From assembly GCA_028865345.1 (NCBI GenBank), contig JAGWKL010000003.1, positions 64,184-128,183 on the forward strand: 64,000 nt of DNA, read 5' to 3'. Within the stretch, counting starts at the first letter, position 1; each line of letters begins with the position of its first letter. This stretch comes from Candidatus Omnitrophota bacterium. Lineage in GTDB: Bacteria > Omnitrophota > Gorgyraeia > Zapsychrales > Fredricksoniimonadaceae. The position numbers and the translations under genes were made by a program. The notes beneath the pieces are model-generated. The model did not search any database. It had not been told where the DNA came from and saw nothing but the letters and a program-made list of their open reading frames with translations. Below are positions 47,733-57,456 of this stretch, one piece after another.

Positions 47733-48821
47733 ATGGATCGATTATTTTATTTGGAATTGGCCCGCCGGAGCATGAACGGTGAGCAGTTGGATAATGCCGC
47801 CTGTGCCGGGATATTGTCCGATACTTCCTTAGAGATTTTGACGCTTTTGGATGCCGCGTATCAGGTTCGTAAGCATTATTTCGGCAAAGAGGTGCGTGTG
47901 CATATCCTGAACAATGCCCAAAACGGACATTGCCGGGAAGATTGCCATTACTGCGCCCAGGCCAGTTCTTCGGCGGCACAGATCGAAGAATACGGCATCA
48001 AACCCGACGAGGAGATTCTCCAGGAAGCGCGCCAGGCTTACGCCAAAGGGGCCGCTTGTTATTGCATGGTATTTGCCGGCCGCGGCGCTTCCCAGTCTCG
48101 CATTGAGCACCTTAAACGCCTCCTGGCCGGCATCAAGAGCGAATTCCCCGATAAAGAAATTTGCGTTTCCACAGGGTTTGTGTCTGATGAAGGGGCTGTC
48201 GAATTAAAAAAGGCGGGCTTGGACCGCTTGAACCACAATTTGAATACGTCCGAAGCCCATTATCCGAACATTTGCACGACGCATACCTTTACCGACAGGC
48301 TCAATACGCTGCTGGCGGCCAAGGCGGCGGGGCTCAAGGTCTGTTCCGGCATGATCGTCGGCATGGGGGAGAACAATGCGGACATTATTGAGGTGGCCCT
48401 GCGGTTGAGGGCTTTAAAGGCAGAATCCATCCCGGTCAATTTATTGGTCCCTATTGAAGGTAATGTTCTTGGCGCCCCGGGATCCGCCCTCACCCCTGAT
48501 TTTATTTTAAGGGTGTTGTGTTTGTTCAGGTTTTTGAACCCGGCGTCGGAAATCAGGGTGGCGGCCGGCCGGGAAATACATTTGCGTTCCATGGAAGTGA
48601 TGGCATTATATCCGGCCAATTCTTTGTTTTTACAAGGGTATTTAAACGCTAAAGGCGCCTCTAATGCCCGTACCTTACAGATGATCAAGGATGCCGGTTT
48701 TAGTATAAAATCCGAAGTTGATTTGGATGAATTGCTCGAACGAATGCCGCAGCAAGATGGTATCACCGACAGCCCCAAGGTATTGCTAAAGACCCTGAAA
48801 GAACTGCGCCCGGCTATTTAA
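47733..48821 (+). CDS. bioB: Biotin synthase
   Basis: CREDCHYC radical SAM motif, 'NHNLNTS', 'CSGMIVGMGE', 'IPVN', 'RVAAGRE', 'ANSLF'. Confidence 0.95.
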   Translation: MDRLFYLELARRSMNGEQLDNAACAGILSDTSLEILTLLDAAYQVRKHYFGKEVRVHILNNAQNGHCREDCHYCAQASSSAAQIEEYGIKPDEEILQEARQAYAKGAACYCMVFAGRGASQSRIEHLKRLLAGIKSEFPDKEICVSTGFVSDEGAVELKKAGLDRLNHNLNTSEAHYPNICTTHTFTDRLNTLLAAKAAGLKVCSGMIVGMGENNADIIEVALRLRALKAESIPVNLLVPIEGNVLGAPGSALTPDFILRVLCLFRFLNPASEIRVAAGREIHLRSMEVMALYPANSLFLQGYLNAKGASNARTLQMIKDAGFSIKSEVDLDELLERMPQQDGITDSPKVLLKTLKELRPAI

Positions 48822-48890
48822 AAAAGAGAAAATTATATTTTATGGCGTCCCCTACATTAGGGATGTGCAAGTGTTATTTTCGGTTTTTTC

Positions 48891-48964
48891 TTGCCAAAAC
48901 AGGACGCCATGCTATAGTGTAAAATCGACTTACTTTTCGTAACCAAATAGTATCTATATAGATA
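48891..48964 (+). promoter_or_regulatory. Promoter and palindrome upstream of the 2-oxoacid oxidoreductase operon
   Basis: TTGCCA-N16-TATAGT with TG extension; TATCTATATAGATA palindrome at 48951-48964. Confidence 0.45.
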
Positions 48965-48977
48965 GAAGAGGCCATTT

Positions 48978-50789
48978 ATGTCACTCGAGAAACGCCCTGT
49001 CACAAGATTTGAATTGCTCATGGATGCCGGTTATGGCGCGCAAAAAGCAGGGGACATCCTGCTGGGGGCCTTTGTCGGCATGGGGCAATATGTTTATGTG
49101 GAGCCCATGATCCCCGCTGAAATTTCCCCGCCGGCCAGGAGCCGTGCGGCCCTTTCCGGGGTCATCATCCGTCTGGCGGATTTTGACGTTACCAATATCG
49201 GCAATGACACGGATTTGATCCTGGCCGCCCATGAAGTGGTCCTGGACCGCCGGCTTGACGACAGAGAATTTAATGCCAATGCCAAGATTTTGCTGGACAT
49301 GGGAGACCAGGAAGATAATCCTGAATCCTATGAAATGGTGCTCAAGCGCTGCACCAAGCTGTCTTTAAGCGTCATTCCTTTTAATGTGGATGCCGAATCC
49401 CGGACCCTTATCAAGGAGTTGGGGGGCAAGGGGCAGAATTTGTATTATCTCGGGATGCTCTCCTTCATTTACAACATGGACGAGGAGATCGTTAAAAAAG
49501 AGATCCTTAAGACCTTCGGCAAAAAGCTCAAAGAAGACATCATGGCCAAAAATATCACCCTGTATCACAATGGCTACCAACTGGCCAAGGAAAAAGTGTT
49601 TTTCCGTGTAGAAGTGCAATGCCACGAGCGTCCCGGCCAACAGATCCTTATCGACGGCAATACATCCATGAGCCTGGGGCTTATCGATGCGGGGTTCAAG
49701 CTGTTTTCCGGTTATCCCATCACCCCGGCATCTTCCATTATGCATACGCTGGCCAAAAATTTTCCGTCCTATGGCGGCCTGGTGCACCAGGCGGAAGATG
49801 AGATCGCGGCCATCGGCGCCGCGGTGGGCTCCTATTATGCCGGTAAGCCGGCCGTGACCGCAACTTCCGGACCGGGCCTGTCCTTAAAGCAGGAATTCAT
49901 CGGTTTTGCCTCAGCCGCGGAAATCCCTCTGGTTGTCATCGATGTCCAGCGTGCCGGACCATCGACGGGGATGCCTACCAAGACCGAGCAGTCGGATTTG
50001 TTGGCGGCCTTGTGCGGCAGCCACGGGGACTACGCCAAGATCATCCTCAGCGTTTCCAACGTCATTGATTGTTTCTACGCCCCGCATTTGGCCAGGTACC
50101 TGGCTGAGAAATTGCGCGTGCCGGTTTTTATCCTGAGCGATTTCCAGACAGCCAACAGTTATAAGGTTGTGGCCAAATTCAAGCTGGCCCAGATGAACGG
50201 CGGGGTGGACGATATCCCGGATTTTGTGTTCGAGCGTTTCCATATGAAACGTCTGGCCGGGCCCGTACAAATGGTGCGCACCCTGCAAACCGTGCCCGGT
50301 ACCGAAGGCGGCATGCGCCGTATCACCGGCCTCAATACCGATGAGCAGGGCAAGATCAATTATTTCTCCGACCACCATCAGCGTTCCCACGCAGTGCGCA
50401 ACGAGAAGATCCATCAAGTCCGGCGGGTACTGACCCTGCCGGAAATGTTCGGCAAGGACACCAATGAGGTTTTGATCGTGGGCTGGGGTTCCAGCCGCGG
50501 CGCCATCGAGGAGGCCATTTCCCTTTGCGAAAAGAACGGCGTTCCGGCGTCAGGAATGCATTTGCGGGTGGTGTATCCGTTGCCCTTGATGCTCAAAGAT
50601 GTGTTTACCAAATATAAGAAGGTTATGACCGTAGAGGTCGCCTTCGGTGATCCTTTGAAACCATCGCCATTGGCTTTATTGTTAAGATCAGAAACTCTGA
50701 CGGACGTCCGTCCCCTCGTGGCTGATGCCACCGGTCGGCCGCTGCGTCCCAGAATTATTATGAATAAGATTCAGGAGGCTTTGAAATGA
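48978..50789 (+). CDS. 2-oxoacid:ferredoxin oxidoreductase alpha subunit (gamma-alpha fusion)
   Basis: 'GYPITPAS', 'QAEDEIAA', 'ATSGPG', 'QRAGPSTGMPTKTEQSD'. Confidence 0.92.
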   Translation: MSLEKRPVTRFELLMDAGYGAQKAGDILLGAFVGMGQYVYVEPMIPAEISPPARSRAALSGVIIRLADFDVTNIGNDTDLILAAHEVVLDRRLDDREFNANAKILLDMGDQEDNPESYEMVLKRCTKLSLSVIPFNVDAESRTLIKELGGKGQNLYYLGMLSFIYNMDEEIVKKEILKTFGKKLKEDIMAKNITLYHNGYQLAKEKVFFRVEVQCHERPGQQILIDGNTSMSLGLIDAGFKLFSGYPITPASSIMHTLAKNFPSYGGLVHQAEDEIAAIGAAVGSYYAGKPAVTATSGPGLSLKQEFIGFASAAEIPLVVIDVQRAGPSTGMPTKTEQSDLLAALCGSHGDYAKIILSVSNVIDCFYAPHLARYLAEKLRVPVFILSDFQTANSYKVVAKFKLAQMNGGVDDIPDFVFERFHMKRLAGPVQMVRTLQTVPGTEGGMRRITGLNTDEQGKINYFSDHHQRSHAVRNEKIHQVRRVLTLPEMFGKDTNEVLIVGWGSSRGAIEEAISLCEKNGVPASGMHLRVVYPLPLMLKDVFTKYKKVMTVEVAFGDPLKPSPLALLLRSETLTDVRPLVADATGRPLRPRIIMNKIQEALK

Positions 50790-51706
50790 CTACAGATACA
50801 ATTTCCAAACCGGCGCCGACGCCGATCACCATAAAAGAACTGAACACCGAAAATCCCCGCTGGTGCGCCGGCTGCGGCGATTTCGGGATCATCATGGGCT
50901 TGAAAAGATTTATCGTCGAGCGCCAGCTTTCGCCGTCCCAAACGGTGAATGTTTCCGGGATCGGCTGCTCAGGCCGCGCGCCGAACTACTTCAATACCTA
51001 TGGCGTGCATTCGATCCACGGCCGCGCCATCCCCATTGCCTTAGGGATAGCCCTGGCGCAGCCCGGCTTAAATTTGTTTGTGCACTCCGGAGACGGGGAC
51101 GCCCTGAGCATCGGCGGCAATCACCTGATCCACGGCATCAACAAGAATTTCAAGTGCGTATTTTTGATGTATGACAATGAGGTCTACGCCCTGACCAAGA
51201 ATCAGACATCCCCCACGACACGCCACGAGCACCCGACCAATACCCAGCCGCAAGGGACATTTTTGAACCCCTTAAATCCCATCACCCTGGTTTTGGGGTT
51301 AGGGGCCTCATTTGTGGCCTCGACCGCGGACTGGATACCGGACCATTTGACCAATACGATGAAGGCGGCCTTCGACCATCCTGGTTTTGCCTTTGTGCAT
51401 ATTTCCCAGCGCTGCCCGCATTTTGATCCGAATAATTTTGATCATAAGAATTCAAGCTGGTTTTCATTCTTAAAGCATCCCAACGGCATTGAGCCTGACC
51501 GCCGCCTTGCGGCCAAGACCGAGACCGTGGAACACGACCCTTCGAATCTCACCCAGGCGTTTTCGTACGGGGCCGCTGACCGCCGGTATTTCGGCCTGTT
51601 TTTTCAAAATAAGGACAAACCGCGCTACGACAACATCCTTCATAATTTGGTGGAGAAAGCGCCCAAAAAAGATCCATCAAAAATCCTGGACAGCTATTTG
51701 ATTTAA
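50786..51706 (+). CDS. 2-oxoacid:ferredoxin oxidoreductase beta subunit
   Basis: 'WCAGCGDF', 'SGIGCS', 'HGRA', 'GDGD..SIGGNH'. Confidence 0.92.
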   Translation: MTTDTISKPAPTPITIKELNTENPRWCAGCGDFGIIMGLKRFIVERQLSPSQTVNVSGIGCSGRAPNYFNTYGVHSIHGRAIPIALGIALAQPGLNLFVHSGDGDALSIGGNHLIHGINKNFKCVFLMYDNEVYALTKNQTSPTTRHEHPTNTQPQGTFLNPLNPITLVLGLGASFVASTADWIPDHLTNTMKAAFDHPGFAFVHISQRCPHFDPNNFDHKNSSWFSFLKHPNGIEPDRRLAAKTETVEHDPSNLTQAFSYGAADRRYFGLFFQNKDKPRYDNILHNLVEKAPKKDPSKILDSYLI

Positions 51707-51709
51707 GCC

Positions 51710-52648
51710 ATGGAAAACCTCATCATCATCGGCTCGGGGCCTGCGGGGCACACCGCGGCCGTTTATTCAGCCCGTGCCCGCCTTAATCCTTTGATGTTCG
51801 AAGGGGCCTTTGCGGCAGGCGTTGCTGCCGGGGGCCAGTTGACCACAACCACCGAAGTGGAGAATTATCCCGGGTTTTTGTCCATTCCGGGACCGCTTCT
51901 CATGGATAAAATGCGCGAGCAGTCCCTGCATTGCGGGGCGCGCATCCTGACGGAAACTGTTGACAGGGTGGACCTGTCGCAGAGACCTTTTAAAGTCCGG
52001 GCCGCGGGCAAAGAATATGAGGCCAAGACCTTGATCATTGCCACCGGCGCTCAAGCCCGGCGCATGGACCTGCCGGGCGAGGAGCGTTTGTGGCAGAAGG
52101 GGATTTCCGCCTGCGCGGTCTGCGACGGCGCCCTGCCTTTTTTCCGCAATAAATTACTGGCGGTGGTCGGGGGCGGAGATTCGGCCGTTGAGGAGTCCAC
52201 CTACCTGACCAAATTTGCCTCCAAGGTCCTGCTGCTGGTGCGCCGCGATATGATGCGGGCGTCCATGGTCATGCAGGAGCGTGCCCAAAGCAATCCTAAA
52301 ATCGAGATCATGTTCGAAACGCTTCCGGTGGAAGTTTTAGGAGATAAAAGTGTTTCCGGCCTGAAAGTCAGGAACACCCGTACCAATGCCGAAAGCATTC
52401 TGCCTGTAGGCGGGTTGTTTTATGCGATCGGGCATTTACCCAATACCGCGTTTCTGGAAGGCCAGTTGGAATTGGATGAAGTAGGGTATATCAAAACCAG
52501 GCCGGGTACCGCCCAGACAAGCGTGGAGGGCGTTTTTGCCGCCGGCGACGTGCAGGACAAGGTCTACCGTCAGGCGGTCACCTCGGCCGGCACCGGCTGC
52601 ATGGCCGCCCTGGATGCCGAGCATTTCTTAGCCGCCCATTCTCATTGA
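51710..52648 (+). CDS. trxB: Thioredoxin-disulfide reductase
   Basis: 'GSGPAG', 'ENYPGF', CAVC, 'GGGDSA', 'FAAGDV'. Confidence 0.95.
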   Translation: MENLIIIGSGPAGHTAAVYSARARLNPLMFEGAFAAGVAAGGQLTTTTEVENYPGFLSIPGPLLMDKMREQSLHCGARILTETVDRVDLSQRPFKVRAAGKEYEAKTLIIATGAQARRMDLPGEERLWQKGISACAVCDGALPFFRNKLLAVVGGGDSAVEESTYLTKFASKVLLLVRRDMMRASMVMQERAQSNPKIEIMFETLPVEVLGDKSVSGLKVRNTRTNAESILPVGGLFYAIGHLPNTAFLEGQLELDEVGYIKTRPGTAQTSVEGVFAAGDVQDKVYRQAVTSAGTGCMAALDAEHFLAAHSH

Positions 52649-52701
52649 TAAATGACGCAATTTCTATTCTTTCATTTATAAAAATGTGATAGTATTTTTT
52701 T

Positions 52702-53196
52702 ATGGTGACCATTGATTTCAAGAACAAGAGCCTGCATGAATATCTGGACCAGCTTTCCCGCCGGGAGCCTGTGCCAGGCGGGGGATCGGCGGCGGCCCTG
52801 ACCGCGGCGCTGGGTGCCGGCCTTATCTCCATGGTCACCAATTATTCTATGGGCCGCAAGGCCAACACCAAGGCGGTGGAACAACGCTTGGGGACGATTC
52901 TGGCCCAAAGCGAACCCATCCGTTTGAGATTGCTTCAACTCGTGAGCCTTGACAGCGAGGCGTATTTAAAGATTTCCGCGGCCCGGTCTTTGGACAAAAG
53001 AGCCCAAAGGCTCGCCGCCCGTGAAGGCAAGGCCGTGCCTTTGGAGGTCTGTAAGCTTTGTTATAAGGCCATCCGGTTAACGCCTTATCTGGTGGAACGC
53101 GGCAATCCGTATCTTCTTTCGGATGTGGAGGTGGCCCTCGAACTTCTGCTGTCCGCTTTTAATGCGGCCCGTGTCATGGTGAGGGTCAATTCATGA
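52702..53196 (+). CDS. Formiminotetrahydrofolate cyclodeaminase/cyclohydrolase family protein
   Basis: 'PVPGGGSAAAL', 'GNPYLLSDV'. Confidence 0.85.
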   Translation: MVTIDFKNKSLHEYLDQLSRREPVPGGGSAAALTAALGAGLISMVTNYSMGRKANTKAVEQRLGTILAQSEPIRLRLLQLVSLDSEAYLKISAARSLDKRAQRLAAREGKAVPLEVCKLCYKAIRLTPYLVERGNPYLLSDVEVALELLLSAFNAARVMVRVNS

Positions 53197-54050
53197 GCGC
53201 GCAAATCCTCGACGGTAAACTGCTGGCTGCCCAGCTCAAAACGGCGTTGACACAGGAAATTAAGCGTTTGCGGGAGTCTGTCCAGGAGGCCCCCCGCATT
53301 TTCAGCATAGTTGTGGGGAACGATCCGGCCAGTCTTTCTTATGCCGCTTCGCAGCAGAAGACCGCCCAGGGTGTGGGGATCCAGTATGAGCTGCGCAACT
53401 TCAACGCCGAAAGTACGACCCAGGATGATGTGTTGAACTTGATCGGCGAATTAAACAGCTACGACCACGTCCATGGCATTATAGTCAATAAGCCTTTGCC
53501 GGCGCAGATGAATTTCAAGGCCATCATCAATGCCATCACTCCGTACAAGGACATTGAAGGCATGAATCTGATGAATTTCGGCAGGCTTTTGATGGGGGAA
53601 GAAGGTATTTTCCCCTGCACCCCGTCGGCGGCTTTGGAATTATTGAAATCTTCCGGCGTTCCCTTGAAAGGCAAGCACGCCATTGTCATAGGCCGTTCCG
53701 AGATTGTAGGCAAACCCGTGGCCCTCTTATTGTTGAGAGAAGACATGACGGTGACCGTCTGCCACTCCAAGACCATTGACCTGCCCTTTGTCGTGCACGA
53801 TGCGGACGTTGTGATCGCAGCATTGGGCCGGCCGGGCTTTGTGAAAGGTGAGTGGATCAGGCAGGGGGCGATCGTGGTTGACGTGGGGATCAATCAGGTC
53901 GAGGGCAAACTGGTGGGTGATGTGGATTTTGCCTCCGCAGTTCAAAAAGCCTCGCATATCACACCCGTGCCCGGGGGTGTGGGGCCCGTGACGGCTGTCA
54001 TGCTCATGAACAATGCCGTTAAGGCTTTTAAAATCCTCAATCGAATTTAA
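53193..54050 (+). CDS. folD: Bifunctional methylenetetrahydrofolate dehydrogenase/cyclohydrolase
   Basis: 'PCTP', 'GRSEIVGKP', 'VDVGIN', 'TPVPGGVGP'. Confidence 0.93.
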   Translation: MSAQILDGKLLAAQLKTALTQEIKRLRESVQEAPRIFSIVVGNDPASLSYAASQQKTAQGVGIQYELRNFNAESTTQDDVLNLIGELNSYDHVHGIIVNKPLPAQMNFKAIINAITPYKDIEGMNLMNFGRLLMGEEGIFPCTPSAALELLKSSGVPLKGKHAIVIGRSEIVGKPVALLLLREDMTVTVCHSKTIDLPFVVHDADVVIAALGRPGFVKGEWIRQGAIVVDVGINQVEGKLVGDVDFASAVQKASHITPVPGGVGPVTAVMLMNNAVKAFKILNRI

Positions 54051-54052
54051 TC

Positions 54053-55090
54053 ATGAAGACTTTAGTTGTCGGAAATTCCTTGGACGTGCTCCCCGCTATA
54101 GAACATATCCATAACGCGGGCGGCCAAGCCGCGCTTTTTGCCACCGAGGGTTTTCTGCCGTATGACCGTTCGCTTTTGCCGGGCCTGGCAGGCGGGGATG
54201 TCCGCCAGGAGGACTTGTTCAGGACGTCCTCGGATGTTTTAGCCCGGTGTTGTCCTGCGGTCATCACCGATGAGAGCTTGGGCCGCATCAGCGTCAAACG
54301 CAGGCACCTGACCACGGTAAAAAAAACACAGATCGATTATGACCGTCTGATTCTTGTGGACACCGGAGAGCTCATCCTGCCGGCCATCCGCGGCCGGGAA
54401 CGCAAGGGCGTTTTTGACTGCTGGCGCCTGTCTTCCATTAAAGCACTGCAACAGCACCTGCCGTTTGCCGACGGGGTGATGGTCGCGGCCACCAGGATCC
54501 AGGGCCTGAACATGGCCTGTGTTTTGAACCGGTTGAAAAAAGAAGTGACTGTCATTTCTTCCGCGATCGGCCTTTTGCCTGAAATTTTAGACGATGAATC
54601 AGGGCTTTTGTTGAAACAAATTCTTGAAGGCAAAGGGATCCGTGTGATCAGCGAGAACGCAGTGGAAGAAATTTTAGGGGAGGCGCAGGTCAAGGCGGTC
54701 AAATTAAAATCAGGCAAGGTCTTAGGGTGCGATGCGGTCATTTTTGATGAGGCCAGGGCCGACATACGGATGCTTTCGGAGCCCGCCCTCACCGGGGATG
54801 ATGAAATCTGCATCGAAGACTGCTTTAAACTGCCTACGCCGCCGCTGGCTCCAGCCCATTTCGGATGTCATGTGCTTGACGGTTTTTACGCCGGGTGGAC
54901 CAAATTGCCCGACGGCGGACGGGAATATTTAAAATTCGACGGCCCTCAAAATATCTACAAGAAAATTTACGCCCTCGGCCACCACCTGGCAGGAGTGGTG
55001 ACTTTTAATGCGCCCCAGGACAATGATCGTCTGTTGGGGATACTCCAGCGGCAAGACAATATCACCGGCAAAGAAGAAGAGATTCTTTAA
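54053..55090 (+). CDS. Divergent pyridine nucleotide-disulfide oxidoreductase-like protein with degenerate nucleotide-binding motifs
   Basis: Retains 'PYDRSLLP', 'YDRLIL..TG', 'LLPEILD', 'VKLKSG', but both GxGxxG motifs are lost. Confidence 0.6.
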   Translation: MKTLVVGNSLDVLPAIEHIHNAGGQAALFATEGFLPYDRSLLPGLAGGDVRQEDLFRTSSDVLARCCPAVITDESLGRISVKRRHLTTVKKTQIDYDRLILVDTGELILPAIRGRERKGVFDCWRLSSIKALQQHLPFADGVMVAATRIQGLNMACVLNRLKKEVTVISSAIGLLPEILDDESGLLLKQILEGKGIRVISENAVEEILGEAQVKAVKLKSGKVLGCDAVIFDEARADIRMLSEPALTGDDEICIEDCFKLPTPPLAPAHFGCHVLDGFYAGWTKLPDGGREYLKFDGPQNIYKKIYALGHHLAGVVTFNAPQDNDRLLGILQRQDNITGKEEEIL

Positions 55091-55095
55091 TCACC

Positions 55096-57456
55096 ATGTC
55101 CCAGCGTGTTTTTATCATTGATGCCCATGGCCTTTGTTACAGGGCTTATTACGCGGTCAAAGCCTTGAAGAACTCCAAGGGCCTGCCCACCAACGCCGTT
55201 TTCGGTTTTTGCAATATGCTGCGCAAGATGCTCCTCGACTTTAAACCGACGCACGTGGCGGTCTGTTTTGACGTGGGCAGGGACACCCACCGCCAGAAAA
55301 AATTCGCCGATTATAAGATCCAGCGGCAAGCCATGCCTGATGACCTGGTCGTGCAGATCAAAACGATCCGCGAGGTCATCAGCGCTTACAATATCCCTAT
55401 TTTTGAACTGGAAGGTTATGAGGCCGATGATGTCATGGCGACCCTGGCCCTGCGCTTTGCCAAAAAGGACGCCCAAATTTTTTTGGCCACGGATGACAAG
55501 GACATGGCCCAGCTGGTGGGCGAGCATATCAAATTATACAGCCCCCGTCAGGAAAAAGAGTTCGACGGCAAGGGCGTGGAAGAAAAATTCGGGGTCGCCC
55601 CCAAGCAGATCACCGACTACATCGCCCTGGCAGGGGATGCTTCGGACAACATCCCCGGGGTTAAAGGCATCGGCGAGAAGGGGGCGCGCAAACTCATTGC
55701 CGAATACAAATCCTTGGAAGGGATCTATGAACATATCGACCGGATCACTCCGGCAGGCATGAAGGAAAAGCTGATCGTCTCCCGCCAGGAGGCTTTTTTG
55801 AGCAAGGAGCTGGCCACCCTGCACGCCGATGTGCCGGTGGATGCCGCGTTGGGAAATCTGGCTTTTCCTGAACCTGACCGCGGCAAGTTGTTTGCGCTCT
55901 TTAATGAATTGGAATTCCGCAAACTGGCCGAGGAATACGCGCCGGCAGGTGCCGCCCAGCAACTCGTCGAAGAATTGAAGGCTTGGGTGGAAACGACCGA
56001 AGAAAACCAGCCCCTTTACATTGTCTATGACCTGAAATCCTTACGTAAGGCCAAAGCTTTCGGAGAAGAGCAGTTGAAGCACAGGATTTTTGATGTTTAT
56101 TTGGCGGATTACCTGCTCTCGGGCGGCCAGGGGCAGTATCATTTGCCGGCTTTGAGGACGACCGGCGAGGGGATGAAGGAGCTTTACACGCTCCAAAAGC
56201 GGTTATTGAAGGAACAGGGGCTTGAATTCCTTTTTTATGACGTGGAGATGCCTTTGTCCAATGTTCTTTTTGAGATGGAGACCAACGGCGTACGGATTGA
56301 TGCGGCGGTATTGGAAAGGTTGTCCAAGGAATGTGCGGGTAAGATGGCTGAATTGGAGGGTTCGTTGTACAAGATCGCCGGGGGTGAGTTTAATGTCAAC
56401 AGTCCCAAGCAGTTAAGCATCATTTTGTTTGAACGTTTGAAACTGCCGGTTATAAGAAAGACCAAGACCGGATTCTCGACGGACGAAGAGGTCCTGACCA
56501 GGCTTTCCGGCCGGCATCCTTTGCCCGCCCTGATCCTGGAGTACCGGCAAATGGCCAAATTGAAATCCACCTATATCGATGCCCTGCCGCAGTTGATCGA
56601 CCCTCAGACCAAACGTTTGCACACGACGTTCAACCAGGCCGGGGCTGAGACGGGGAGACTTAGTTCCAATAACCCCAACTTGCAGAATATTCCCATCCGC
56701 ACCGAATTCGGACAGCGTATCCGCCGGGCTTTTGTTCCTTACACCAAGGGTCATGTGCTGCTTTCCGCCGACTATTCACAGATAGAATTAAGGATCTTGG
56801 GGGTTTTGTCGAAAGACGAAGAGCTCCAGAAAGCCTGCCGCGGTGAAGGGGACATCCACCGCCATACGGCTTCCCTGATGTTTGAGGTGCCCGAAAGCAA
56901 GGTGGACGAAAAAATGCGCTATGCCGCCAAGCGCATTAATTTCGGAATCGTGTACGGCATGGGGGCTTTCAGTCTGGCCAAGGATTTGAATGTGAGTGTT
57001 GCGCAGGCGCAGGATTTTATTGATAAATATTTTCTGCGATACCCGAAGGTCCGGCAGTTTTTGGACGGACAGATCCAGAAGGCCAGGGATTTGGGATATG
57101 TGACGACCTTTTTCGGCCGCCGGCGCTATTTGCCGGACATCCATAACCGCAATATGGGGCTGCGCCAGTTTGCCGAACGCCAGGCGATCAACGCGCCCAT
57201 GCAGGGTACGGCCGCGGACATTATTAAGATAGCCATGGTCAAAATCAGCCGGCGCATGGCCCGGGAAAAATTGTCCTCGACGATGACCATGACCGTGCAC
57301 GATGAGCTTGTTTTCGACGTACCTCAGGATGAAATTAAAACAATGGCCTCCCTGGTCCGTGAAGAAATGGAAGGGGCCATGGATTCCTCGGTCCCCATCA
57401 AGACAACTATCGAAGCCGGTTCCAATTGGCTGGAAATGGAAAAGTCGCTTTCATGA
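55096..57456 (+). CDS. polA: DNA polymerase I
   Basis: 5'-3' exonuclease 'IDAH..CYRAYYA', 'EADD', 'GDASDNIPG'; polymerase motifs 'ADYSQIELR', 'KRINFGIVYG', 'VHDEL'. Confidence 0.96.
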   Translation: MSQRVFIIDAHGLCYRAYYAVKALKNSKGLPTNAVFGFCNMLRKMLLDFKPTHVAVCFDVGRDTHRQKKFADYKIQRQAMPDDLVVQIKTIREVISAYNIPIFELEGYEADDVMATLALRFAKKDAQIFLATDDKDMAQLVGEHIKLYSPRQEKEFDGKGVEEKFGVAPKQITDYIALAGDASDNIPGVKGIGEKGARKLIAEYKSLEGIYEHIDRITPAGMKEKLIVSRQEAFLSKELATLHADVPVDAALGNLAFPEPDRGKLFALFNELEFRKLAEEYAPAGAAQQLVEELKAWVETTEENQPLYIVYDLKSLRKAKAFGEEQLKHRIFDVYLADYLLSGGQGQYHLPALRTTGEGMKELYTLQKRLLKEQGLEFLFYDVEMPLSNVLFEMETNGVRIDAAVLERLSKECAGKMAELEGSLYKIAGGEFNVNSPKQLSIILFERLKLPVIRKTKTGFSTDEEVLTRLSGRHPLPALILEYRQMAKLKSTYIDALPQLIDPQTKRLHTTFNQAGAETGRLSSNNPNLQNIPIRTEFGQRIRRAFVPYTKGHVLLSADYSQIELRILGVLSKDEELQKACRGEGDIHRHTASLMFEVPESKVDEKMRYAAKRINFGIVYGMGAFSLAKDLNVSVAQAQDFIDKYFLRYPKVRQFLDGQIQKARDLGYVTTFFGRRRYLPDIHNRNMGLRQFAERQAINAPMQGTAADIIKIAMVKISRRMAREKLSSTMTMTVHDELVFDVPQDEIKTMASLVREEMEGAMDSSVPIKTTIEAGSNWLEMEKSLS

